This document shows, piece by piece, positions 13,175 to 25,094 of a stretch of 64,000 nt of DNA (position 1 is the stretch's first letter; each line of letters starts with the position of its first letter). Below the pieces are notes generated by a model, which was not told the DNA's origin, did no database searches, and worked only from the letters and a program-made list of their open reading frames with translations. The position numbers and the translations under genes are program-made. Source of the DNA: Spirogloea muscicola (Eukaryota); assembly GCA_009602725.1 (NCBI GenBank), contig WELB01000001.1, positions 2,175,117-2,239,116 of the forward strand, in the 5' to 3' direction.

Positions 13175-13203
<29 letters not shown>

Positions 13204-13240
13204 CAGCTGCTGCTGTAGCACCAGCAGCAGGAGGAGCAGC
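13175..13240. repeat. (CAG)n microsatellite
   Basis: cagcagcagcag... run visible. Confidence 0.8.
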
Positions 13241-13938
13241 AGAGCGGGGAAGTCCAGGGGGGAGGTCGGGCGGCGGGGAGGGCGCCTTGGCGGCGGGCGC
13301 CAGGAAAAGAAAGGGAGCGAAATGCGGCTGCTGATCATAAAAGAGCGGCTGTCAGAAAAGGGGGGAAAAGAGATCGTGTATTAGAAAGAAATGTAGGCCA
13401 AATGGCCAGGTACAAAGGCAAGCACATCTAAAAATCTACATAACCTACAGCAGATTGACCCGCTCAATAACCACGGGTCAAAACATGAAGGTCACTACTC
13501 GATGCATGAATACTAGATGCCAGGAACGGAGCCCAAATCTTCTCAGAGAAATGGCGCGCGGGGCGCATGAAATGAAAATGGAGGCCAATTCAAGCCGATA
13601 CATTGTTCAAGCAGAGTCTAGGGCAGATTAAAAGGAGACTAAACAGAGACAGCCAGGTGCATACAGAGAGCGTGCAGATTATGTCGATCTTATGTCATCT
13701 TTAGGCGCCAGGGGCTGGGCGGGTGGGCGGGCCGACGCGGGGAGGGGGGGGGGGGGTTGGGGGGGTGCGGGACGGCNNNNNNNNNNNNNNNNNNNNNNNN
13801 NNNNNNNNNNNNNNNNNNNNNNNNNNNNNNNNNNNNNNNNNNNNNNNNNNNNNNNNNNNNNNNNNNNNNNNNNNNNNNNNNNNNNNNNNNNNNNNNNNNN
13901 NNNNNNNNNNNNNNNNNNNNNNNNNNNNNAAGATGACA

Positions 13939-14260
13939 TTAGTACCCACGGGTGAGCACAAACAAATCTGACAAGCTAACTTGGGGAGCTGGAGCGCCGC
14001 CACGAAAGCCGGAGGCCTGACTTAGAGCGCGCCCTGCACGTTGATGAAGAGCCAATGCTTGCGAGCGCTGCAAACTAAGCGAGAGCCGCATTCTATAATA
14101 TGCAACTAAGGCCTGCGGAATGCTGGAGTGGCCCAAGCTGCCCCCCTGACTTCGACGACGCGCATCAACCAGCCGGGCCAGATGCTGGATCAGGGAGGAC
14201 CATTTCACGCCGTAGCCTCCATAGATATCCATGGCACACGGGTAAAGATGGTCCCCTCGA
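13939..14260 (-). mobile_element. CRE-like RLE C-terminal fragment, divergent subfamily
   Basis: (CA)MDIYGGYGVKWSSLIQHLA...YYRMRLSLSLQRSQALALHQRAGRALSQASG...SDLFVLTRGY*. Confidence 0.85.
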
Positions 14261-14309
14261 GGATGATCATGGTAGTGCCGCTAAGACAAGAGATAGATAG
14301 CTCTTTCAA

Positions 14310-15945
14310 AGTGAAGGCAATGGCTGTGAGAGGCCAGTCCAAATGAACGCACAAGGGCTGCCTTTCACGCCCCCTTTGCACGAGCTTATTCCTTCTGCGC
14401 CTTGTCCATCTCTGAGGACTGGCCTTCTTGAACTGGCCTTGTCACTCGTTTGTGAGCTGGCCCTCGCCCTAAGAGCAACTTTTCCTGTTTACCACCACTG
14501 CCTCGTCTCGGAAGAGCCTCTGCTTCGTAGTAGTAGTCACCACTTGCGTAGTTGCGTTATCTTGCGCTTTCTGGCCCCTCCTGACCTTGTCCATTGCCGT
14601 TGGGCTGGCCTCTCACAGCAGAGGTTTCGCATTTGGCGAGCCTTCTTCGTTCTGTGGGCTGGCCTTGCACAGCCACCGCCCTCGTGGACGACCATGGTTC
14701 TGCTGATACCTCTCGCTCCCGTTCTTCATCCTATCTTCTGCGCTCGCTTCTCACTCGCCTCCCCCCTCCAGAGATGGCGTGTGGAACAGCCACCTTTTGT
14801 TACCACTTGTCGGACGGGCGCCCTCCCCGTCAATACCATGCAGTGAGCAAGATGTTAGCAAGCTGTGAGTCGGCATCCTGCCAGTAGGCCCAACTGCACG
14901 CCAAACGTTTCTTATGTCGTAGCACCTGCCCAGTCTTGGCAGGCCCCTGCTGCGTTTCCCGTGCTACAGCAAAAAGGCGACGATTGTCCAACCAGGGCTT
15001 GCTCGAAAACCGAAGAGAAAGAAGCAGCTATAATGAAATAGAGAAGGAGAAAGACTTATCCAGTAGAGGGCGATGGCTGTGATTAGCCAGCCCAGAAAAA
15101 GAATGAAAAAATAGCCGTTTAAAATGGTACGAGGGCTGGGAAAAGCCAGCCCATATAAAGGCGAACAAGGCGTAAGGAATTCCGACGTGATTGTGAATAA
15201 TACAGGGTGCTAGGACGATGAGAACAGAGCGCTCTCCAACGAGTGAATCTGTGCATCAAGTGATAGAGGACCTGAGAAGTCGAGAAAGACATGCAAGGAC
15301 ACGTACTGACAAGTAAGGACATGCACTGACGTAGGCGAGGGGGCGAGGGCTGCAAAAAGGTAAGCTCATCTCAAGGGGGCGAGGGCTGTGACAAGCCAGC
15401 CCGGAAGGAATGGCAAGTTCCGCAAGGGCCGGAGAGCGCTGCATAAGGTGCCAGAATGAGTCGACAGGACACTTCCAGTAGAGGGCGGTGGCTGTGAGAG
15501 GCCAGCCCTCAAACAAGTATGAACAAGAGTGCGAAGGGGCCAGAGGGAGCACACACAGAACCAAGTAGCCGCGAAGCAGTCAGTAGCCTCTGGTGAGCAG
15601 CCTCCGGGTAGTCTCCGGGTAGTCTCCGGGAGCGGACATTTCTGCCAAGTTGAGCTACGGGGGAGCCCGGAGTTGGAGGAGCAGCAGCCGCGGGGGGCCA
15701 GGAGTCCGCGGGCCGGTCGGCAACTGGCGGGGGCCCGGTCAGCGGCGCCAGGCTGGCCGCGCTGACTCCGCCGCCCGCGGCGGTTGGTACCTCCCCCGGG
15801 GGGGAGGTTCGCCAGGCCGGCCGGGGCCCCCGCCGGTGGGCCAGCCCGCGCCCAACCTCCGAGCCGGCCCCCCCACAAAAAGAAGAAAGTGCTCGCCCAT
15901 TGAGAATAGGGGCTGGAACAACCAGCCCGAAAAAGAGTGAACAGA
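14310..15945. mobile_element. Cluster of about 8 CRE-like 3'-UTR hairpin cores in both orientations
   Basis: Cores GGCTG-N7/8-CAGCC (some degenerate) with the TTGTCCATTCTTTTG-like leader at ~14320(-), 14585(+), 14655(+), 15075(-), 15135(-), 15385(-), 15490(-) and 15884-15945(-). Confidence 0.7.
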
Positions 15946-16022
15946 AAGGCCTTGCTCGCCTCCCGCCATGGCGGCCCCCTCGCAGCAGCAGCGGCGGCGG
16001 CGGCGGCGGCCGCCCTGACGAC

Positions 16023-19000
16023 ATGGCGCCCGGCTCCGCCTCCGCCGTCGTTCCAATCGTCAGCCGAGACGGCGTCGCCGCCGCCGCCGGCTCGGCGCCA
16101 CTTCTGGGCGCCGCCCCGCGCTGGCGCGACGGCGCCATGAAGAGCTCCTGGAAGCGCCTGCGCCAGGCCGTGGCCTGCGGCGCCCAAGGCCCCGGCTCGC
16201 CCCTCCCCGCCGCCCGAGGCGACCCCTCCGGCGACCCCGTCCGCGACTGCGAGCCCTGCAAGACGCCCCGCCTGTCCTCGTCGGCAGCCGCCGCCGGCGC
16301 CGGCGTCGACTCCCGGGCCCTGGTGCCGGAAGCCGTGCAAGTCGGCGCTGAGAGCGACGACCACGGCATCGGCATGGGCGGCCGCAACACCTCCCAGCGG
16401 CAGCGTCCCGCTCAAGAGGGCTCTGGCGCCGAGACGGCTTCGACAATGGGAGGGACTGAGCAGCCAGGAGAGTTAGATGGCGAGGCGGCCAGCACGCGCG
16501 GGACGTCGACCAGGTCCCACAGCCGTCGCAACAGCCGCTCCAGCTCCACGTCTGCTGGTATTACTGCGCGGAGCCCCAAGGTGCGCTCATGGGTCATGCA
16601 GCACATGCAGTGTGCGGCCGCCCATTGGGCTGGACCGGCACGTTCAGCTTGTTTAGTGCAAGTCGCTCTCAGCGTTCAGGTGTGAGTCCTATGTCGTGTT
16701 GTCGACTTTCCCAGGTGCTTCATGTTTAAGTGCTGGGCACTTTAGGAGCGCATATTAACGACCTCCGCTGTCTCTCTCGACTCGTTTGACAGCGGGTGTG
16801 CTCCATCTGCCTGGAGACGCACAAGGCCGCCGGGCCAGGGCACGCGCTCTTTACGGCCGAGTGCGGCCACACCTTCCACTTCACCTGCATCACGTCCAAC
16901 GTGAGGCACGGCAACACCTCCTGCCCGCTCTGCCGCACCACCTGGAAGGTGCTGCCCTGGATGGCTCCCCGCGCCAGTCAGGGCGTGCGTCCGAGCAGGG
17001 CCGAAGGCACTCCCACGCTGCCAAGGGCCCACTCAACTCAGCTGCGCCACTCCCGCGCCCAGGATCAGTCCTTCGTGTCCTTCAGTGAGGTATGCCAACG
17101 AGGCTCGTCAGGTCATGTGACAGCTCAATTCTGCAGCCAGTTCCCGTCCTGTAGTAGACAATTGAGAGGCAACCTCTCATTAATGCCACCTGCTGCACTA
17201 CAGATTCCGCTGGCGGGCATGGAGGATGCGAGAACAGAAGCAAGCTCTGCAAATGTGAGAAGTACAATCCTCCCACTTTATCAGCCCCTAAAGTTTGTGG
17301 AGTCTGATACTTCCACAGAAATTTACATCCACACGTCCCAGTGTACCAACGCATCGCGCCTGCGGTTCCTCCTGAAGTGGGCGTAAACATGCCAAAGCCA
17401 ACAGTTACCTTGGACGTCAATTTGCACTTGCGACTTCCAGGCCAGCTGTCGGCGTTTCTCACTCGAGGTGCTTCTTTCTCGTAACACCACTGTTTGTGGA
17501 TGCCTCTGGTCGGCGAACAGATGTTGGATGTTACCGTTGTCGACGGCCGCTTCACCTCTGTGCACCGAGAGGAATTCCCTGGCGCGACTGTATTTGCATT
17601 CAACGATGACGACGAGCTGGTGCAACCGCAAGACCCAGCAGCTGCTGACTGCTCCAGAGATTCTGTGTCACATGTAGCGAGCAAGGGTTCAAGCCTGTTG
17701 CTGGCCTTGCAAGCTGAAGTGGACGTCGTGCCACGGGACGAGGCTCGGACATACTTCACAGTCCTGCTAAATATTCAGGCGCCAAAGTCGACTGTGTTGC
17801 AACTGCCGCCCCAGACCCCTCCTCCACAGCCGCAGCAGCTAGCTGCCGGGAGCCCCATGGATTACCAGGGCTCCATGAGTCTCTTGAGAGGGCCCTCTAT
17901 GCAGATGCTCGACGCCTTTGAGAACGAGTCAGCTGACATGCTTGGTGCTGCATGTTCTCTTGACTTCAGCAAAATGCAGTCCTCCCCTGCCCCCGCCCCC
18001 ACTACTTCGGACCCAATGGGAGCTGCACACCAAACTGGGCTGGGCGTCTCAGAGAGGGTGACCATTGACTTGGTCACCGTTCTTGACATCAGCGGTAGCA
18101 TGCTGGGTGAGAAGATGAAGTTCCTTAAGCAGGCAGTGGGCTTCCTTATGCAGGTTACTCAAACTGACAACCCTGGCATAGAAGCTTCTAATTTGGCACA
18201 TGGTGCGGCTGTATTCAGAGGGCGAGCACCTTCCCCTATGCAGCCTCCTTTACACATGGAGTACAGCCGACTCATATGACCAGCCATGCTGAACGATCTA
18301 TGATGTGCAGATGCTTTCTCCAGGAGACCGTCTCTCCATTGTGGCCTTCTCGTCCACAGCCAGGCGAGTGCTAAGACTGAGGCGAATGGATGTGGATGGG
18401 AGAGCAGACGCTTGCGCTGCTATGGAGAAGCTGTATCCGCAAGGAGGAACCAACTTGACTGCGGGCTTGGAGAAAGCACTGATGATACTGAGGGACCGGA
18501 AGCACAGCAACACTGTGTCAAGCATCTTCCTCCTATCTGATGGCCATGACACCAGCTCACTCATCAAGCGTCGGTGGGTATAAGCCCCCCCTATCTCACC
18601 TGCCTAATAGTCGTCATATGCATGGCAATCCCCTCCCTTGCACCTCCTCTCTACATCCCCCCTCCGTCCCCCATTGCAATTTGCAGTCCACTATTCACAC
18701 AGCTCATCACCGACTGAGCTTGCAGAGAAGGAGCTCCACACTTTTCTGGCAAGGACACCGGAATTCTCAAGCAACTGAAGGACCTGCGGCAGGATGCTGT
18801 TGGGATGCATTCAACTGCCACCAAGGCCCACATGTCGATCCACACTTTTGGGTTTGGGGCAGACCACGATTCAGGCACCCTGCATGCCGTAGCCGAGGTA
18901 GCAGGCGGCACATTTTCCTATGTGGAACAGGAGGAAGAGTTGCAGGATGCACTTGCGCAGACACTTGGAGGACTTCTGAGCCTTGCAGTGCAGGTAAATG

Positions 19001-20353
19001 AAGATTCTCCAGCCATAGATTTTACTTGTACAGCATCACAGAGGCAGGAACACATAATACACACATTTGCCGCTTGTTTGTGTTTGCGCCCTCCCTCATG
19101 AGAAGGAGCTTTACGTTTGTAGGACGTGAAACTGTCGTTTGCTACGTCTACTACTCAAGGAATCAGGATCACAAATGTCCTAGCGGGCAGCTACAGTAGC
19201 AAAGTAAGGTCCGAAGGAAATGGAGGAGCCGTGTTCCTTGAAGACATGTACCGCGACGAGGAGAGGAACGTCCTTTTAGAGGTCTCCCTGCCCCAAGCAG
19301 CGGGAGTGCCGGGTACTGAGGCCTTGCTGACGCTCCTCCGAGCACGGTGCTCGTATAAGGTTGCGCCGCTCTTCGAGGGCATCGAAGTGAGCACCAGTAC
19401 TAAAGCACTTTGTGACCTGCCGCATACAGCTTCTCCTACTGAGCACAACAGCGACTTGTTTGATTGGTCAACTAAAAAGCATGTGTACATGCGGTCCTGT
19501 GGTTGCTCTGCAGAGGACGAAAACTGAGGAGCTGACAGTGCACGTGGCCGAGAGAGACTTGACGGCAGTGAGGTCGCAAGCCAAAGTGGGCATTGACCGG
19601 CAGCGCAATCGCATCTACGCAGTCTCGGCCATCCAGAGAACCCGCCTGCTGCTGGAGCTGGGCGACTTGCAGGCAGCCCAGCAGACCATCCAAGAGGCTC
19701 TGGACTTCCTAGAGGCGTCACAAGCGGCGGCATCAGCAGATGAGCTCACGCTGGGCCTCCAGGAGGAGCTGGCAGAAATCCTAAAGCGCATGTCTAATAA
19801 GGATCTCTCTCAGTACAGTGCTGGCAAAGCATATATGCTCTCAGTCCAAAGCTCCCACTGCTGGCAGCGGGCCACCACGCGTGGATCCTCTGGCCCCAAT
19901 AGGTACAGCTGCAATCTGCCGCCGCCGCCTGCAGTTGGGCAGTGTAATGCATGTGAATCACATTGTATCCTCCTTACCAATGTCCAGGCTGCTTGACAAG
20001 CACAAGCTCAGCATGTTCGGCAGATACGAGAGTAGCAGATGCTTGATGGTAGACGGCAAGCAGATCGACTATTTCTCGAACTTGCCCTTTCGCTGCTGTT
20101 GTTTGAGGTGCTCCATCTATGCTCATTGAGTGTTTGCAGCAACGACTACCTGACGCCATCAATGGCAGGCATGGTCCTGCGCTCCCAAGCGAGCTCCAGG
20201 CAGCTGTCTTCTCAAGAAGCAGGAAGCTGCGAGCCTCCTCGCCCGCCTTTGCCATCGCCTGAGGAGCTCAGCGGCAGCACGAGCAGCCTGAGAGGGCCAC
20301 GGCCGGCCCCTCTGATTTCCTTCAGCCGAAAGCCTATCGAAGCTGCCCCCTGA
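16023..20353 (+). CDS. RING finger + von Willebrand factor A + Vwaint protein (WAV3/EDA40-like E3 ligase family)
   Basis: CSICLE...ALFTAECGHTFHFTCITSNVRHGNTSCPLCR (RING); DLVTVLDISGSM (MIDAS); DRLSIVAFSS; GGTNLTAGL; SIFLLSDG; IHTFGFGADHD; YMLSVQSSHCWQRATTRG; YLTPSMAGMV. Multi-exon. Confidence 0.92.
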
Positions 20354-23169
20354 GTCAGCTCAAGTAGTAGCAGTGCCTTGAAATTTTGGGGTCAGCCTGC
20401 ATTTGCAGCATCTAAGAGCAATCAAGTTGCACAGTTAGCTGCTTTGCGAGCAGGCAAGCTTTGCCAGCAGCAGTACCTAGTCATGACGAACCCAGGCACG
20501 TCCAGCTCCCAAGAAAGCGCCCTTAAGGTAGATAAGACTTCCCGGGGAGCCCCTAATAGTTGTTCGCATTCTCTCATAGACCAGGTCCTCGGGTATCATC
20601 TTCTGGTAGCACTTAGCAAGAGACTCTGCCAATGACTTTAGCTTATTCGAGCTCTCGTTCACTCCACCCAGGCCATGCGACACAAGACAGGAGCTTTACA
20701 AATAAGAAGGACAATCCGCTGCCGCTCAAATTCTTCAGATTCTGGGAAGTCCAACGAATGATTTTAGAAGGGGCCAGCGCCCTCTTCTCTGACACTGATC
20801 CTCTATGAGCAGGAAGGTTGGATTACAAGTGTTGTTTGTCATCTAGGGCGCTAGAAGGACTTTGTAGACTGCATGCTTTTGCCAACTCGACAACAATGGG
20901 CAATTGTTGTCGAGTTGCTCGTTTTAGTCCCTTGGCCTGCATGAAGGCAACTTCCTTTCCAGTCCAGTACCTACATGGCTTAGCTGTCATTCCCTCAAGC
21001 CATGCTCCATTGCCCATCGAGCATGTAGTTGGGTGTAGTCGGGTCAATTGGCAGGTGCTCATGTAACTTGCATGGCGGCAACAGTCCACCTGACATTAAG
21101 GTGGGCGCCCACATGCTCTGAAGCGCCCACATGCTCTGAATGCACTTTGCAGAATCGCAAGTGGAAATGCACTTCAAGATGGCCTTCTACTTTTCGAATG
21201 GGTATGTGCTAAGCTCTTCTGCATACCTTTGTCCGTCTGGGTGGACAGCAAAGCTGCCTAGCATGTCTTGAGATGCTGCACATTCTTTGTGCTTAATTCA
21301 CATACTCTTGTGCTTAGCTTGACCCATCCTCAAGCCGCTTTATCCACTTCTTGCTTTCTTTGGCAAGATCATATATATAGTCAATGCAATGCAACTTCTT
21401 GGGCTTGGACCTATGAGTGCTGAGCCCCTGTGACGACTTCCAGGCAATCATGACAGCGCCCACTAATCCTGGGTGCTGTACTTTTTCTGCCTCCTGCAAA
21501 GTAGTAGGTCGTGAGGTCGTTTGTGAAGCATCACTGGGCTAGTATCATGCCACACTCGCGATAATACATCATCCATTAGCCTTCCTCAGCCGAGAGCTTG
21601 ATGAAGTATGGTATCATTGTGCAGAAGTGCTTGACAGCAAATTATGTCGGCTATTGTACACACCTTGGAGTACATGGCTTTAGCATGGACTTAAGTCGCC
21701 TCAGCAGGAAATTAGCACAGCAGCTCTGATGAAGCGGTAAATTGTTTTCGCTGAAAGCCGACCTGCTACAATGGGACAACCATGATGACTCATTGTGGCT
21801 GGCCTTGTAACTCGTCATGAATTGGAGCAAGGCTAGCTGTTCGCATCTGCACAGCGGTATGAGGAGGCGTGGATGATGCATTATATTCACTCATGCAAGT
21901 TACTGACGTACTGAGGACGGTATGCTGGTAGTCATGCGGGGCTGCAGTGGAGTGGCCTGGTGCCGGGCAAGCTACCACTTGGCCAATACATAGCTAGTCA
22001 GCATCTTGACTTGGGTGGCGAAGGCACAGTCGTGTGCCGGCGTAAGACGTGGCAGTGGCCAAGGCTGAAGTACACTGTACAACGGGTACAGTACAACCAA
22101 GACTTACAGGTTACTTTATTACTGTGGTGGCCGGGCCAGACGGCATGCATGCTTGAGTACATACAAGCTTTGTGCCACTCGTCAGCACAATCAGGCCTCT
22201 TGAGCTGACCGCAAGAAGATAGCTCTTGTATCACTAACCACAGGTAGAAGATTATGTTGCCATCTTTTGCGATGTAAGTAGGCTTTCCTTATATCAACAA
22301 CTGCAATAGGGATCACAGGTTCGCTGATGGGAATATTGACAGGACGAAAAGTGGCCTCGGTGAGAATGCGTTACTCAGAGACCCCTCTCTTGACTTGAGC
22401 ATCAGCCAGCAGTCTGTCAGGTGACGCGCACACAGCAGTCCACGTCTTCCACTTTACTTGTACCTGCAGTCAAACAGGCTAAGTGTACTGCTCGATAATT
22501 CATCAGCTTACGCATAGGGGGCCAGAGGCTATACAAGTGATAAGCGTAAGGCTTACAAAAACACCCAGTTGTGGAGACATGGTAAGGCGCTATGGTCAAT
22601 GCTATGCAGATGTTGGGGACTCCTACCTGGCACGCGCTGTGTCACTCCCGATGCTATGCTTGTGTGCGCTGATGCTCGCTGATGCTCACACGTCCCTCCA
22701 GCATCTGATAATCATCTGCAGAACACCAATGGTTGATTCCTGCTTCAAGTTGCAGACTTGAAGCCTCCCCGGAGTAGTACTTTTAAGCCAAGGATTATGA
22801 CGTGCAAGCAGCCTTTCTGTGACATCTTCCCACGTGCACAGCCGTCGTGCAACGTCTCTCACAACTTGCCCGGCTCGAAGCTTGTGCTGACTCGAAGAAG
22901 CTTGTCTAAGAGGGATGCATTAGCTGTCGATGGCCAGCCCGAGAAGATTGACAAGTCTCAAAGGAGTCGACATGAGCAGAGTTATCAGAAAAGCAAGTGA
23001 CCACTACACATGGACAAGGTCATGGGGGAGCCCTAACACGTATGTGCTAACAACTCAGCACAATATTACAATGGAGAGAAGAGGATTTTCCAGAAAGAGG
23101 CGGTGGCTGTGAGAGGTGAAAGAAGAAGCAGCACTCCACAACGTAGGCAAGGGCTGTCATGCTGCTCGG

Positions 23170-23400
23170 GTGCTCAGGTGCTCCAAATGTCCTTCGATGT
23201 CGCTTCAAAATATTCATTAGGAATCTGCACTGCACTTGCAGGCAGGCCGCGCTTTGGAGGCTGCTTCTGGTTTTCGCCGTGGCGACCCTTTTCCGGCTGC
23301 AAGCTACTCTATGTTGCAGCTTCTGATCAGGTGGTACTGAGCACCCATTTCTGGGCTGGCCTCTCACAGCCATTGCTGTAGATTGGAAGAGCTATTCCTT
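23170..23400 (+). mobile_element. CRE-like 3' fragment
   Basis: LHLQAGRALEAASGFRRGDPFPAASYSMLQLLIRWY*, then tttctgggctggcctctcacagcc. Confidence 0.75.
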
Positions 23401-23449
23401 GCGGAGAGCCACTTTCTAATCACGTCATACACTCCCTTCCTTTTTGGAG

Positions 23450-24345
23450 AGCAAGAAGAAGAAGTGGCACTCCCAATGGGGGCAATGGAGCCACTTTCAG
23501 AAGAAAGTGCTCGCCCATTGAGGATAGGGGCTGGAAAAGCCAGCCCAAAAAGAATGAACGAAGTACGAGAAGGAAGAATGAGCTCGCCCATAGAAGAGAG
23601 CGAGCGCAGCACATTAACTGGTGGCTGGGAGAGGCCAGCCCAAAAGAATGGACAAAGTCTGAGGGAGCCTGAGTGCGAACGACTAGGACTAAGACATCAG
23701 CCAGGGAACGCTCAGTAACCTCTAGACAGGAGATGCAGGTCCGAGAAGCTAGCTGGCGGAAAGACGTCGCCCCGACGGAAGCCGGAGGCCGCCGCCAAAG
23801 CTCGGCCTGCGCGCAAGTGAATCGCGAAGGCGAGGGACCGCTGCATCGAGACGGCCAAACGCACACGGAAAACCTGAGCGAGGGACCCGGCTACGTTGAA
23901 GCCGGGCTGCTCCGAGGCGGCGGGCCGCTGCACGCCGCGCCAGGCGGTGGAGCAAGTCAAGCCATTTGGAGCCAAAGGCTCCGTGCACGTCCACTGCCAG
24001 TGGAACGAACTCGTCGCCCACCGGGTGGTCCGAGTACTTCCGTTCCTTCTCGCCCGCTGCTTGGCCGACTAGCCCGCCTCCTCCGACGAGCGTTTTGCGC
24101 TGCAGGAAGCAAAGCTGTCAGTGGTGACGACGTCTGCGATGAGCGGCCGAGGCCCCCCGCCGAGCGCGCTGGCGTCGGCGCGCCGGGTGTGGATGCGGCC
24201 ATCCGCCCCAGCGGTCGGAGGCATGACGCTGGTGTTCTCGAGCGCCACCGCATGACCGGCCTCGACGAAGATGCCAAACATGGCATTTCGCAGCAGGTCG
24301 TGCGTTCCTGTCCGCTCCCCGCCCCATGCGCACCTAAGAAGAGAG
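23450..24345 (-). mobile_element. Longest CRE-like remnant: end of CCHC knuckle + full RLE domain (disrupted) + stacked 3' UTRs
   Basis: LLRCAWGGERTGTHDLLRNAM...RRAD...LIADVVTTD...KYSDHPVGDEFVPLAVDVHGAFG...SDLHLLSRGY* (stop at 23712), with an in-frame stop and frameshifts. 3'-UTR cores at 23615-23665 and 23500-23560, and a (TTC)n-tailed tip at 23452-23487. Confidence 0.9.
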
Positions 24346-24776
24346 GGGCTGGCAGAAGCCAGCCAAAAAAGACTGGACAAAATCCAAAGAGCTACAACAG
24401 GTGCCGGAAAGAAGGGAAACACACAGCTAGGCATCTAGACAACTAGACATGACGAAACCACAGGAAGTACGAGAAGGGGGCCAGGGGAAGCGCTACGAAA
24501 AACAAGCACACAAAGAAACAAAGCAGCTACGTATCAATCAGTAACCCCTGCTAAGGAAAAAAAAGAAAAAAAAGCGCGGCCAGATTGACTGGTGGCTGGG
24601 AACGGCCAGCCCAAAGGAACGGACAAGGTCTGAGGGAGCCTGATTGCTAAGCTCTCAGACCTTGTCCATTCTTTTGGGCTGGCCTTTCCCAGCCACCAGC
24701 AATGGCCGCGCTTTCTCTAAGCAGTAGCAGGTCAGAGACGCTAGGCTCCTGGAAGCGGTCCCCTGGCAAGAGCCAA
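24340..24776 (-). mobile_element. CRE-like 3' copy interrupted by two opposite 3'-UTR insertions (about 140-bp palindrome)
   Basis: EPSVSDLLLL (24750-24718) and SRGY* (24555-24538) are separated by inverted B-type copies. (tg)ctaag(c) is repeated at 24549, 24645 and 24717. Confidence 0.8.
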
Positions 24777-25094
24777 AACCCTGAAAAACTAGCTCCGCCC
24801 GTAGTTTACCCCCCCCCCGCCACAGTCACCTCCAAGCCTTGTCTCTGCCTCTCTCCCTCGCTCGCTCAATCTCGCTCCTCTCCCCTTCTCTGTGATCTTG
24901 CTGGCCCTGTCTTGTCCCGCCCGCTCTCCCCACCTCCCTCTCTTCCATACTTCTTGTCCTATGTTCTGCAAGGTCTCGCAGTCGCTCCCAAAGGAGCCAT
25001 GGATTCAGCCCAGCGCAAGAAGCAGCGGAGGCAGCGGGTCGGCTGCACAGGCGATCGGTCAACATGCACAAAGGGTGCCTGATGAGTGCAACGC

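Noticed and set aside
13120..13338. Poly-Leu signal-peptide-like ORF
   Set aside because: The hydrophobic run is just the (CTG)n microsatellite; no downstream exon support.
24556..24716. MITE with terminal inverted repeats
   Set aside because: Each arm is the B-type 3' UTR found singly elsewhere, and the target repeat also occurs in the middle.
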